Below, in pieces: positions 11,987 through 24,559 of a stretch of DNA of 64,000 nt. Source of the stretch: Felis catus. Lineage: Eukaryota. The stretch is taken from NCBI RefSeq assembly GCF_018350175.1, contig NC_058380.1, forward strand, positions 44,268,001-44,332,000. Reading direction: 5' to 3'. How positions within the stretch are numbered: position 1 is the stretch's first letter; each line of letters opens with the position of its first letter. Under the pieces are notes generated by a model. The model searched no databases and was not told where the DNA came from. It saw only the letters and a list, made by a program, of their open reading frames with translations. The position numbers were made by a program, and so were the translations under genes.

Positions 11987-13059
11987 TTTAAAATTGGGCT
12001 GCTCTGTCTTTTAAATATTAGTTGGATGGATGAATGAATGAACAAATGAGACCAACTAGGCTCTTTGAACTGGGAGGGGTCCTTGCTTACATAACCCTTC
12101 TCCAGAGGGTCAAGGACTTGGGCTCACTTCCTTGTCTGTCTCAAAGCTTACATTTGTGATGTAGGTACTACAATCTGCTCATCTGTGGCTTAGGAACCAA
12201 TTGAACCTCATCACCTCAGGCTCCTCTGGGACCACCAAGGTGGATCTCATGTCAGGTCCACGAAGCAGCTATGATCTGTGACTGTCCTTCTATATGCATG
12301 TTCTTGCCCAGCCGGCTCTGCCACACAAACAGTGGTTTTGTTTTGTTTTGTTTCAAATACTATTTTGGGAAGGAATGGAAGTTGCCCATTAGGTGTAACT
12401 GTTCCCAATTATCTTTCAGGGAACTATCTGGGTTAGAAAAATACAGTGGAAGGTTCTGAGAGGTAAGTTAGGACCACAGATGGAGGTGCCGTATAATTAC
12501 ATGGGAATTATCATCCTCGAACAGTGAACAATAATGTGTGGTCATCACTGTGGATCATCCAGATGGTTCATAATGAAATGCCCAAGTGAGTCCCCAGATA
12601 CTCTGACTTCTTATAAATTTGTCACCTAATTTGCAGCCTTGCTCCTCTGTGGTGTTGCTTAGCAATATCAATGGTTACTGATTTCTGTCCTGTGAGAAGC
12701 TGACTTGGGCCATATTTCACTGTAATTTACATGCTCTGGATGATCAAACAAGAAAAATGGGACCTGGATGTGCTGATCTGTTGCTTTCCTTTTGAGGTCG
12801 GTTGGGGGAGGGGGAGAGCACAGGATAGAGCAAGCAGGTTTCTGGAAAGTAATTTTAAAGAAAAGCAGTAAGCGACCTAGGCAGGAGAATCAACCCAAAC
12901 GGTGTGGTTAAAAAAAGATTTCCCGAGCTTTTATGAGTATCCTTTTAATCACGTAATGAAAAACCTCAATGACAACCTTAACATAATTTTAAACACTGAT
13001 ACTTTGTCAGAATGTTTTTTTTTCCCCAAAGGGATGGAGAAAAGCAAGTGATGATATAG

Positions 13060-13290
13060 CATAACAGCTATAGCATTTATAGTTTGGAGCCCTACAGACT
13101 TAACAACCAAGTCTGCTATGTACTAGCCCTGACACCTTGGGCATGTTACCTAACCTCTCTGATACTCAGTTCCTTCACTTACATAAAATGGGACCAATAA
13201 CAATTGTCTTGTAGGGCTGGGGTGAGGATTACAGGTACTTAACACATCACTGGCACATAATATTCATTAAACATATGGTAGGTATTATAA
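13060..13290 (+). mobile_element. MIR SINE
   Basis: ccttgggcatgttacctaacctctctg...tcagttcc...aaaatggg...gtgaggatt. Confidence 0.75.
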
Positions 13291-13306
13291 TGGCTTTAAA
13301 ATATCA

Positions 13307-13436
13307 GGGGCGCCTGGGCGGCTCAGTCAGTTAGGCAGCCGACTCTTGATCTCAGTTCAGGACTTGATCTCAGGGTTGTGAGTTCAAGCTCTGCATTGGG
13401 CTCCATGTTGGGTGTGGAGCCTACTTTAAAAAAAAA
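13307..13436 (+). mobile_element. CAN-SINE (short form lacking the CT tract)
   Basis: ggggcgcctgggcggctcagtcagtt...gggctccatgttgggtgtggagcctactttaaaaaaaa. Confidence 0.9.
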
Positions 13437-13607
13437 GTATCTGTTGGTTTTTCCTTCAAAGAGATATCATTCTTCTGATCTTTACAAAATCAGAGAGAAC
13501 CTGATATCAAGACACCTTCTCATCATCATGCAGAACATGGAGGTCTTGTAGCATAGTGTAAGTTTTGGAGTCAATAGATGTGGGTTCTAATCCAGACTTT
13601 AATTCTT

Positions 13608-13796
13608 TTTTTTTTTTTTTTTGAGAAAGAAAGAGTGTGAATGGGGGAGAGGGGCGGGGTGGGGGGAGAGAATGCTAAGCAGGCTCCATGCTCAGCATGG
13701 AGACCAGCATGAGGCTTCATCTCATGACCCTGGGATCATGACCTGAGCTGAAATTAAGAGTCAGGTGCTCAACTGACTGAGCCACCCAGGTGCCCC
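13608..13796 (-). mobile_element. CAN-SINE inserted into a MIR (MIR spans ~13540-13960, +)
   Basis: Poly-T tail, ...gactgagccacccaggtgcccc, and a perfect 15-bp target-site duplication (TSD) cagactttaattctt at 13593-13607 and 13797-13811. Confidence 0.95.
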
Positions 13797-14163
13797 CAGA
13801 CTTTAATTCTTATTAGATACATGATTTTGTAGTAAGATAGTCAGTCTTTCAGAGCCTTAGTTTCCCCATCAGAGTACTAATTCTAGAACTCCCTATTGTG
13901 TTCTTGTAAGATACTTTACTTGATGTCTGGAACATTGGAAGTGCTCCATAAATGGGAGCCATCATTCTTTAACTGTGCCAAAGCCCAGTGAGTGATGAGT
14001 ATCCAGGCTAACATAAGTCACAAGAAATGACCACCTACCATTAGAAACTTGTTCTAACATCCTTTCACAAGCTCATATTGGAGAAGAAACAGATAAATGG
14101 AGAAGAACGACAAAAATAATGACCCATTGTATCATGCCGAAGGAAGTCATAAATGTTATATTC

Positions 14164-14382
14164 TTTTTTTTCCTTTTTCCTTTTTTTTTTTTTTTTTTTT
14201 AAAGAGAAGGCACACATGTGTGAATTGGGGAGGGGCTGCGGAAGAAGGAGAGAGAGAATCTTAAGTAGGCTCCACACCCAGCATGGAGCCCAACGAGGGG
14301 CTTGATCTCATGACCATGAGATCATGACCTGAGCTGAAATCAAGAGTTGGAAGCTTAACAGACTGAGCCACCCAGGCGCCCC
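14164..14382 (-). mobile_element. CAN-SINE
   Basis: T-rich tail, ...gactgagccacccaggcgcccc, TSD approximately tgt(t/c)atattctttt. Confidence 0.95.
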
Positions 14383-14529
14383 TGTCATATTCTTTTGTAT
14401 AATCTGACATCAAGGACACGGACACTGTTAGTATTATTTAGAGAACGTGCAGCTCAGGGAAAGAGATAATATAAAGATCTTTAAGTTTTGATTTTCAAAA
14501 GGAAGGTTCAAAAGGGACTTCAGCTGTTT

Positions 14530-14780
14530 AGTAAAGTGGTATTGTTGAGTGGTTGAGAGAGTGAATTCTGGGGGGCCAAATCTGAATTTGAATTACTTCT
14601 CTTGTGTCCTTAGGCAAATTATTTAATTACCTTAACTTTCAGTGTCCTTATCTATAAAATGTTATAATAGAAGTTCCTATCTCACAGGGTTGATGTGAAA
14701 ATTAAATGAGTTAATTTAATAAAATGCTTAGCACAGTGTCTGGAACATAGTAAATGTGCAATAAACGGTAGTTATTATAA
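14530..14780 (+). mobile_element. MIR SINE, near full length
   Basis: gtggttgagagag...ccttaggcaaattatttaa...tctataaaat...attaaatgagttaat...gcttagcacagtgtctggaacatagtaa. Confidence 0.85.
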
Positions 14781-15255
14781 TCACCCCTGTGAGCATCTAT
14801 CCAGAGTTTTGGCTAAATGTTTGATACTTTCTCTGGTGTCTTCTCTTTCAGCTGGAGTTTCCAAAGACAAAATTATATTGTCACAGGTAATGAAAAACTA
14901 TAGTTGGAATAGCAAAGAACACAGAATATCAGGTACCATCCATATAAAATTTGGAATTTATCTCTTATTTCAGAAAATCTTCCTGAGCCCTACTAATGGC
15001 AAGTTTCTAAAACATGTTTTCAATAAATTTTTGTGTGTGTGGGTAAAGGGTTAGGAAGCTAACAGTTTCACTAATGACATATTCTAACATCTTGGGCACA
15101 TTTACGCATCTCTGGAAACTGAAAGGCTATGTTTACAAAACCAAGCAAAATGTACTTTTTGACTGAGTCTTATCAAATCTGGGGTGCAGGACACTGACAC
15201 ATATCTCAGTCTTTAAAGTGGCCAAACACTCCATTCGGTTTTCCTGCTCCTGCAT

Positions 15256-15257
<2 letters not shown>

Positions 15258-15293
<36 letters not shown>
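15258..15293. repeat. Poly(T)36 homopolymer
   Basis: Uninterrupted T run. Confidence 0.95.
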
Positions 15294-15302
<9 letters not shown>

Positions 15303-15454
15303 TTATAAAGTGGTGTATATAGATAGGCCCACCATTTTCTTTCATAGACATAGAAACTTGGTTCTATTACATATGACCAAGATCCACAGGGCGGGGCCCT
15401 AGATGTTACTGAAGCTTCCACATCATAAGCCACACTCACAACCCAACCGGTCAG

Positions 15455-15965
15455 GAAGCCCTATCAGTTCCACCCCTAAATATCCTCAATTCTGTCTTTT
15501 CTACTCCATCCCCATTGCCCCCGCCTTAGTCTGAGGCTCTTGCCATACTCTTATTTGAACTTTCAATTCCTAATCTTTCTCACCTCCGACTGTCTACTCT
15601 CACCTATGTTTCACACTTTCCAGGGGAATGTTTCAAAACACAAAACCAAAAAACAACAGCTCCAAATCCTACACTTTTTGTGTTGGACTTTTATTAGGTT
15701 TCCTAGTTTATTCAATCCTTTAGAACCCAGTTCTGAGGCTCCCTCCTGCAGGCAGCATCCCTGAACGCCCCCTGTCCCTAGGGGGAGTCACGCCCTCCTG
15801 TGTGTGTGTTCCAAGTACGTACTTTTGTTGTGTGCTCATCAAATGTACCTTAACCTATTTGCTTTCTGCCCTATAGGGCAAAGAATCATCTTACTCATTT
15901 TGTTAATTTTAGCACCCAGCAGAGTTCCTGGCACTCTGTAGGTGTTCAAATGCTGCTGAACTGAA
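15455..15965 (+). mobile_element. L2 LINE fragments
   Basis: ctactccatccccattgcc...ttagtctgaggc; 3' end agcacccagcagagttcctggcac...gctgaactgaa. Confidence 0.65.
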
Positions 15966-16679
15966 TTAGATCTCTATTCAATAGTGCACTGTTAATCTTC
16001 TTCAGCCTAGTTACCTCCAGTACTGACACCTATGGTTCCTTCCATTTTAGCGTTCTAACCCTGCAGTTTCAACTATTCTGTTTTCAGTAACTCTGCAGGG
16101 AGGAAAATGTATGTGGCCTTAACTCTTGGAATCCTTTTCGTTGCCTCTATAAAGTAGGAGGATTTACATCACGCACGAGTGCCATCAGTAGGGTCTTTAG
16201 CACACAGAAGACAAAATGGCGGGGATACCTTGGAAATGGAGATGGAAAAAAACCCTGGTGCAGAGAATGGATACTGCATGCTGGCTAGAGAACAACTTGG
16301 ATGTTCTCCTGGATCCCATCTTGCAGCCTGGCTGGATTCAGTGGTTTTTGCCAGACAGAGAGAATCAGTGCTAAATTATATCCAGCCATTGGGTCAGCAC
16401 AGCTGAGTTTCTACCCTGGGATGTACTGAGCATCAAACAATATCAGAAAAGTATATAAGGAAAGCATCCTAGGGGAAGAAAGGAAAAACAATAAAATGAA
16501 AAAACAAAATAAAAGAGAAAACTCCAGCCATCTAAGGGGAGAAAAGGGCAAGAGGTAAGGGAGAAGCCTGAGAAGTTAAGAGAATTTGAGAAAAGAATGA
16601 AAAAGAGGGAAAAAAGACTGAGACAGACAGGAAATTAATGCCACCAATGTGGAAGTAAATTAAAAGTAAAAACTATTCT

Positions 16680-16890
16680 TTTTTAAAAATTAAAAACGTT
16701 TTCTTTTAGAGAGAGAGAGAGTGAGCATGAGTGGGGAAGAAGGGCAGAAGGAGAGAATCTTAGGTGCCACGTTCAGTGCGGAGCCCAATGCGAGGCTCGA
16801 GGTGGGGCTTGATCCCATGACCCTGGGATCATGACCTGAGTTGAAATCAAGAGTTGGTTGCTCAACCAACTGAGCCACCCAGGTGCCCCC
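16680..16890 (-). mobile_element. CAN-SINE
   Basis: 17-bp TSD aaagtaaaaactattct at 16663-16679 and 16891-16907; (GA)n tract; head ...gagccacccaggtgcccc. Confidence 0.95.
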
Positions 16891-17779
16891 AAAGTAAAAA
16901 CTATTCTCATAATTAACTATCCTATGCTTTAGTATTGTCCATGATGTCATTTTACTGATTACTTGTATCCTTACCACAATAGAAACAATCACCCCAAATT
17001 ATGAAGAATTTAAATCATCAAATTTAAAGTGGGAAGAATATTCACGCAATCCTCTAAATTCCATTTAAGTGTAAATCCATTTACCATTACTCTTACTTAA
17101 ATGCCATATTGTGTAAAGTGGGACTATACAAGTGAGTTTAAAGTCCAGATGTAAATATAGGGCAGAAGATTAAGATATGTTTCACAAATAGTTCATCCTC
17201 CTCCTTAGATTAAATAGCAAATGACTGCCAGTGAAACACAGATCTGATGATGTCAGAGGAGGCAAGGACCTTCCTATCCCATGTCTATAAACGGTGGCCT
17301 AATGATGTTTCTGTAGGATTAAAAAATTAGTACAGTAATTGCTTTTCCAGATTTGTATCGATACTTTAGAAAGAGGAATTTTATTTTTAGTCTGCTGACT
17401 GTCTTAAAGCCATGGACCCCAGGATGGAATCAGGACTTTTTGGAAGAAAATGAGTTAAGTACCATGTCACATGACTTCCTTCTTGTTGTACAAAGGACAG
17501 GAGAACTTGGTAAATACAGAGACTAGGACTATACAGCTTCAGGATGACTTTGGCTCCACTAAAGGCCAGACTACCAAAAAGACCAGTTCCCATGTTACGT
17601 TCTAGGTAGGTATCATGGGATCTAAACAATTGGCATGTGGTAAATAGGCATCTTTTGAAGGGAAGATACAGAAAAAATAACTCAGTAAGTTACTACTGAA
17701 TTACTGAAAAATACCTGAAAACATGATGATTGCAAGAAAAAAAAAAAGAAGAGCTGAAAGCAATTTGACAAATACCTGC

Positions 17780-18010
17780 ACAGAACTGACGATGTGCCAG
17801 GCAATACTCTGCGTGCTCTATGAATAGCACTGTAGTGAGTATACTTTCTAGCCCTAAGAGATATGATTATCTTCCCTGCTGTACAAAAGAGGAAGCCAAG
17901 TTAGAGAGAAGTTAAATAATGTGCCGAAGGTCATGCAGCAAGTTAGCGGCAGAGCTGGGATTTGAGCCAAGGTTGCTGGCTTCGCAGTGGGTCTAACAAC
18001 TACGCTCCTC
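17780..18010 (-). mobile_element. MIR SINE
   Basis: gtgccaggc...agagaagttaaataatgtgccgaaggtcatgcagcaagttagcggcagagctgggatttgagcc. Confidence 0.8.
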
Positions 18011-18649
18011 TTCCCATGGGTCTGATGGGAAGTAGCCACCATGAACGCCCCCAGCAGGGGAGAGAGCCCATCGAAATTGGCATATTGTATGATACTACCT
18101 TCAAGCATCAAGAGTCGCCTCCTCATTATCTCTCACTAGGATACACTTCTGAGGTCTAGAAAAGAGTAAGTTTTTCTAGCAAGGAAACTCTGCATGGCAT
18201 ATTGTGTCATACATGGAAAGGAAGGTGATTAACTGGATGAAGTGTTTTTCAGAAATGGCAGAGGAGAATTTCCATCACAAATAATTTTATGGAATGAAAC
18301 AGACTCACTATGACTTTTAACTCCTGGCAATGATGGTTGTTTTGGCCTAAAGGGTCATAGCATTGAAGCAAAGCTGCACTTGCTATTGGTTACTTGGGAT
18401 TACGTGCTGCTGCCCTGGGAAGTCAAGGAGAGAAATCACCACCCTGGAAGGAGCCACGTAGGTTACCGCAACTACATTTCTGAGGCTCAGATTCATCAAC
18501 CTTATTTAAACTGGTTTTCAGGAAGTTGTCTGGGACAAACACTGGCTAATGTTCCCCTAGAGACTTATCAATAGTGGGGGCTTATAAAAAAAAGTGTTTC
18601 CCAGTGGAGTAACCACTCACATCAGCTTGCAAGAGGAGTGTGTTTGTAA

Positions 18650-18795
18650 ATGAATGAATGAATGAATGAATGAATATATGAATCCACACACAAAGAAGAA
18701 ATCAACCTGATGTAGACCTAGAAGCTTTATGTAAACAACAATCTTGCTTGACTCTTGATGTGTGTGAATGTGTGTATGTGAGTGTGTGTGTGTGT
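18650..18795. repeat. (TGAA)n and (TG)n microsatellites
   Basis: Seen directly. Confidence 0.85.
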
Positions 18796-19880
18796 GCATC
18801 ATATAGTCTCATTCAAACCCCTCGACAACCCAAACAGGACAGTTTGGTGTGGGTGAGGAAATTCTTTTTAACGAGTGAGGTGAGGAGGACAGATTTGGGG
18901 GATCTGATATCATGGGATCAGAGGAAAACAGATCCTGACAGCAGCTTTAGGATTTGTGTTTACAACATGATCAATATCCAGAGGTGAGTGCCCCCACAGC
19001 ACACAACCCAGACTCAAGAGTCAAAGTGGGAAGTGATCACAGCAAACTCTCTCCAAACTGAATGCAAATCATCCAGCTTGCTCTCCATTAAGCGAGGCCC
19101 TGCTGGTTATTAAACAAGCAGCAGTGTCTTTAGTGTTTCGTTGGCAAGAAAACACGTTTGAATGCTCTCTTATCACAGATGATATTTATATATCGGTACA
19201 CATTTTGAATGGGCAGTCGGTAAAATCAAAGTACATTTTCAGTGGTTGCTCCCATCCTTTGGTCGCCACATCATCATGCCTGTGACAGCTGCTCACTATC
19301 TCTGGAGCTCTGAGTCCTTCCTCTGAAAGGAGTTCTAACTGCATCTTTTGAGCATGTGATAAGTTAAAGAGAACAAAGATAAAGCTGTAAGATTATGGAT
19401 GCTTCCATGTCTTTTTCCTTCTTCGTGCTATGTTTAAACTCAAGTGCTATCAAAATCAGATTTTTGGCCACATTCCTTTGTTGCCTTTACTTCAAAGCAA
19501 GCCTTCTTGAAAGAGAGAGCATTAGAGAGAGAGACAGAAAGGGAGAAAACGCCTGTCCATACTCAAAATCCTTGATTTCAATAAGACCACTCACATGCCC
19601 TTCATGCCCCAAATGAAACTCATTTATGATGGGTACAGCCCAAAGAGAGATTCAGTTTCAATCATCTTTGCCATTCAAATCCAAGAGTAATGCTTTACTA
19701 TTCCGCAAATACAGGAGCTATTTGACTTGTCCCTGTGTTTGCTCTGTGAGAGGCATTAATAGTCTGTCTTCCTCTACCCAGGCATTTAAACTACTACCAT
19801 CTCCTTAAAAACACGGCTGGGAGATTGGATTTTCTTCTTCTCCAGTGAAGATTTTTCACTCCGGTTGTCTACTCACTTAC

Positions 19881-19927
19881 CAGCTGAGGCTGCATGCAAA
19901 CGTTTTTCTTGGCTAACGTAAAGTGAT
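19881..19927 (-). other. Candidate 47-nt (or 53-nt, alternative AG giving start 19933) cassette exon
   Basis: cgtaac branch-like motif, ctttctcttcatcccaag|tcatag| acceptors and a consensus CTG|gtaagt donor. Exonic TGCATG; lies in a repeat-free block. Confidence 0.45.
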
Positions 19928-22900
19928 CTATGACTTGGGATGAAGAGAAAGGTTACGATACTGCCTTTCAGGGATAACTTCCCCACATTTTGAATGAAAT
20001 AGGCATGAAAATGACTTTCTTCTGGGATCAAATGACAACTTATGAAAACTCATATTGAAGCTCTTTTTAAAAATAGAAGCTAGGGAAATAACAAGTTCTG
20101 CTGTTTGGTGAGAAAGAAAGAAAACCCAGCAAGCAAGTGAACGTTTTTAATCTTAGTGTCAGCTTCAAGTTAGCACTAAATGTATATGTTAAAGAATTGG
20201 AATGATTTTACAAAATAGATGTATGGCTATGTGTGCAGAAGATGTGTGGCTATAGATGGGAGTCCTGGGTACGTGGAAAACATTCAGGCTCTGACGGCAA
20301 ACTCCGGAGCTAAGTGACTATGAGCAAGTAATGTCACTCTCTGTACTTCAGTTTCCTCAGAGATAAAACACACAAAAATTCCAAAGCCACTGTTCAGGGA
20401 ATTACTGAGATGACTATCAGGTGGGGGGCACAGTGTGCCCAACTAATTCTACCCTCTAGTTTTCCCTCTTCACCATCTGGAAGACCCTTCCTGTCCTACA
20501 CTTGAGTCACACACATGCACAGGTATGGTAGACACAGACACAGACGCACACACACTCCTAGTGCCCCTTGACACGAGGAGAGACTGCCAGAAAGTTAATT
20601 CAGGGGTCAAAGAGCCACATACGTGCCTGCTCATCCCAAAGGAGTCCCCATTCTGGTTGGGCCAACAATACTAGTTTTGGATCTCCAAGCGCACCGGTTC
20701 CAATGCCTTGAATTCCTGCCTTCTTCCCTGCCTGCCCGGGCTCCTCGCCTCCTTTGAGAACCACAAGCTTTCTTTAGGCACACTCTCCTGCTGCCTCTGC
20801 CTTCAGGTTCACGCCCTGAGATGACCTTCAGATCCGGCAAGCAGCGATCACCCACGTCGAGTGTTTACTCCAGCCACCACTGTGCTCAAGGCTCTATGTG
20901 CCCCGGCATGGTTGGCCGGTTTGGTTTATTCACCTGCACTTGTCACAGTGTGATGCTGCCTCCATAAATGTGTACTTCCACTGCTTCAGGGCTGAGGACC
21001 TTGTTCCTTCAAATAAATGATGCGAGTGCTCTAGGAAGTCCCTCTCCATCCCGCAGAGCGCTCCACCTAAGAGCGATGAAAAGATTCCTGAGGACAGGGG
21101 TGCTCCCCTCTTACTCCTATTGGTAAGGGGCTCCTCTGGAGTGACCCCAGCTGCCTCCTCCTTATGCCAAATACTTCAACCAGAACATCCAAAAGCTGCA
21201 GTCTGATCTCTGATAGGGGCACATTTTCCCTTTCTGTTCTTTGTGAAAAGTGTCTTTGCTCTTTTTTATTCTACATGAATTTACAAATCGAGTTGATGAA
21301 GTCACATAAAATATCTTCTTGGGATTTCAATTAGGACTGAGTTGCATTGAGCGTTTAACTGAGGGAGAACTGATATCTTCATTAAATATCAACACTGAGA
21401 TCGTCTGTGTTCTTCGGGTTTTTGCTATAAAGTTCTTAAACATTTCCTTTGGGTTAATTCTTGGTACTCGATGGCTTTGTCGCATTTGTAAGTGGTGTCT
21501 TTATTGCTTTTATGTTTATTATCACCAATCTAGAGGAAAGCTCTTGAATCGGGCACATTGCTAAAGGATTTGACATGAGTGAACTCTTAATAGTTCTACA
21601 CTGTTATTTAAACATATTTTTACTCTTCCCTCTGGGAATTCTTTTGAACAAAGGGTTCTGCTGTTAATTTTTTTTTTAAGTTCGAAAACCCATGGGAAAG
21701 ATGGTGAAAAGACCAGATATTTGCTACTCATTTGTGAGGTTTTGCATTGAGATGTCCCAGAATTCAGGTCACTGAAGCAGCTTGTTCACCACCCACTGCC
21801 TGAGCCACACTGATAAAGCATAAGACGGACACGGGATGTCACAGTAACTACTGGAGAGGAGTTGAGGGAGCAAAATTGTCCTTCAGGAAGCCAGCAGAAA
21901 GGCTCCCAGGACACTCCCCTAACCAGTCTGAACGAAGGTAACATGAATGGAAAGTCACGACAGCAGAGGCAGGCTCTGGTAATGTGAAGTGAATTTGCAA
22001 AGGGAAAAATTTCCCTGTCTTTCTAACAGCAAATAAGCTAGGTATGAGCACAGTGTCATTTCCAGACCTCTCCTCATGGGATTCTGAAGATTTTGTTACA
22101 AAAAACAGCCTGAGGGGAATTGCATACAAGGCACGGGCAGCGTTTCTAAACTGCCTCAAACCCTATAGTTAAATAATCCTTCAGTTCAATGATAGGTCAT
22201 TAGGCAAGTATTTTTCTGACTTTTGTGTTTCTATCAGGTGCACTTATCTGTTAGATTTTGCTGGTAATAATAAAATTGTTTTTACCATGAAAAAAATGTA
22301 AGTCAAATTTTAAAATTCCACAAAAAATTACTGGAATTGTAGAAGATAATCCCAGAACCCAGAGAGACTGAATGAGGAACTTCTTTTGTGATTTCCTTCT
22401 CAAATACAATTTAACACAAAAGGACGTGGTAGATGCTATTTTACAGGCATTTGGTTTTGTACAATGGATGGAAGGCTAAAACAATAAGCTTTTTAGAATT
22501 CTGTAGTGATGGTAATCACAATGGGTAATTAGGCCCATGAAATGCAACAAGTAAAGGAACCAAAGGTACAACAAAGGGAAGAAAAGGAAATGAAATGGAA
22601 GAACCAAGAGTTTGGAAAGAAAGGCGTAAGTGGACAGGAAAACTCACCAAGAAGGCGAGATGCAGAGAGCAAACATCTCCCGTCACAGCAATACCTCCAG
22701 AACCAGAGGGGGACTTAGTCACTCATCCAGCATATAAGGGCCATGTAAGAGGCTGGGGATACAATGGTGGCGAAAGTAGAAATGACTGCTATTCATTCTT
22801 GCAGAGACAGCCATCAACTGACTAGGACTTTGCTGGGCACAGTGAGAAAGAGCCCTTTGGCAGGGCACGGGCCAAGACAATTTACAAGGCCAGAGAGATA

Positions 22901-22934
22901 AAGCTCTCCAGCAGATAAATTATAAAGGCAAGCA

Positions 22935-23500
22935 CTCATTTAAGGCATTCAACAAGTACTATCGGGGTCCATGTGTGCTGGGCCCTGGAGATACAGCTGT
23001 CCATGGCCTGCCCTACCAGATGTATTAGCGAGACAGACAGCAAACAACAAGAAAATACATTCATGGTGACGACTGTCACAGAGAAATAATAGACCAGGTC
23101 AAGGAAGATCTAACGCTCTGCTTTATTATCATTGTTTTGATTTTGCTACTTTTCAAAGGCTAATCGAGTGAGGCCTCTCTGATCAGGTGGCATTTGAAGG
23201 CTGATTTGAAAAGGAAGGGAGGAGAGAAGCCATTTGGACATCTGGGGGAAGAAAGAATATGTGCCAAAGCCTTGAGGCGGGAGTGTGCTTGGAGTTTGTG
23301 TGAAGGAGCTGGTGGACAGCCAGAGAAGTGAGGAAGGAGAGGAGGGAAGGAGAGAAGGGGAGGAGGGGAGAGAAGGGCAGAGAAAGGCATAGAGGGAGGG
23401 AGGAGGGAAGACAGGCAGGGCTCAGGCGGCCTTTGGGCCACTGGAAGGACTAGGGCTTTTACCGTGGCTCAGACGGTTTTGAGCAGAGGTTGGGCATCTT
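22935..23500 (-). mobile_element. L2 LINE
   Basis: cattcaacaagtact...gagatacagc...gaggcctctctgatcaggtggcatttgaag...ccttgaggcgggagtgtgcttgg...ttttgagcagag. Confidence 0.8.
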
Positions 23501-24039
23501 TCTGTTATGCTTTAGGGGAACCAGGATTCTCAGATGACAAATTTGGGGTGTGCCTTTTCTGGAGGAGGATCCAGGGCCACTGTGTCAAAGTTGGACTTGT
23601 GGGCCAACAGAGAGCCCTTTAAAACAGAGAAGGGAAACACATTTGACTTTCACAGGGATCTACATGGAGTCCCATGTTTGGGGAGACAGGAGTGCCCCGT
23701 TCTGGTTCCTTCGTAAGTTGGAGTGGCCGCCCAGCTCCATTCTGACCTGTGTGGTGTAAGTGGAAGTCTGCTTCTGAGAACACTAAGGTTTTTCTGATGA
23801 AAAAAAGACAGCTACACGGTCTTCTTCCCAGAATACTGGGATGATGAGGGGTGGGGGACTGGAGGAAAGCAGCTGCCTTCCTATGAGGATGAAGATGGGA
23901 GAAACATGCTCTGGATGGAAGAACGAAACAGAAGGACACTGTGTTCCTCGTGGCAGAGGGGAACTCTGTGGCCAGCCTTGGACAGCTTACTATTGGGCTT
24001 CTGGTTAAATAAGAGAAATAAAACCCTCAAAAACTATTA

Positions 24040-24434
24040 ACGCCAATCTGAAAAGGCTATTTCTACGGCNNNNNNNNNNNNNNNNNNNNNNNNNNNNNNN
24101 NNNNNNNNNNNNNNNNNNNNNNNNNNNNNNNNNNNNNNNNNNNNNNNNNNNNNNNNNNNNNNNNNNNNNNNNNNNNNNNNNNNNNNNNNNNNNNNNNNNN
24201 NNNNNNNNNNNNNNNNNNNNACAGAGGATTGTTAGGGCAAGAAAATACTCTGATAGTATAATGATGGATATGTGTCATTACACATTTGCCTAAACCACAG
24301 AATGCACAATGCCAAGAGTGAACCCTAAGGTGAGGAGGCTCTTAATGTGTGCGGGTAAGTAGTGTATAGGAACTCTCTGTACCTTCCTCTCAATTATGTT
24401 GTAAACCTAAAACTTCTCTAAAAAAATAAAGTCT
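24040..24434 (+). mobile_element. L1MC1-like LINE-1 3' end (spans a gap)
   Basis: ccaatctgaaaaggct...acagaggatt...gatggatatgtgtcattacacatttg...ctctgtaccttcctctcaatt...aataaagtct. Confidence 0.8.
24070..24220. other. Assembly gap (151 N)
   Basis: Run of N. Confidence 0.99.
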
Positions 24435-24559
24435 TGAAGAAACCTCTTAAATGAAGCCACAGCAATTAGATTCTATTACATGACACTGAACACAATTTTA
24501 ACTGGAAAATCATTGCCACCAGCCAATGAGCACTAATTTAATGATTCTGGGTATTACCG

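Noticed and set aside
19186-19344. 52-codon minus-strand frame MQLELLSEEG... after a weak aag acceptor, and a nested 26-nt segment 19297-19322
   Set aside because: Weak splice sites and no recognisable homology; kept only as a remark in the 18.7-19.9 kb finding.
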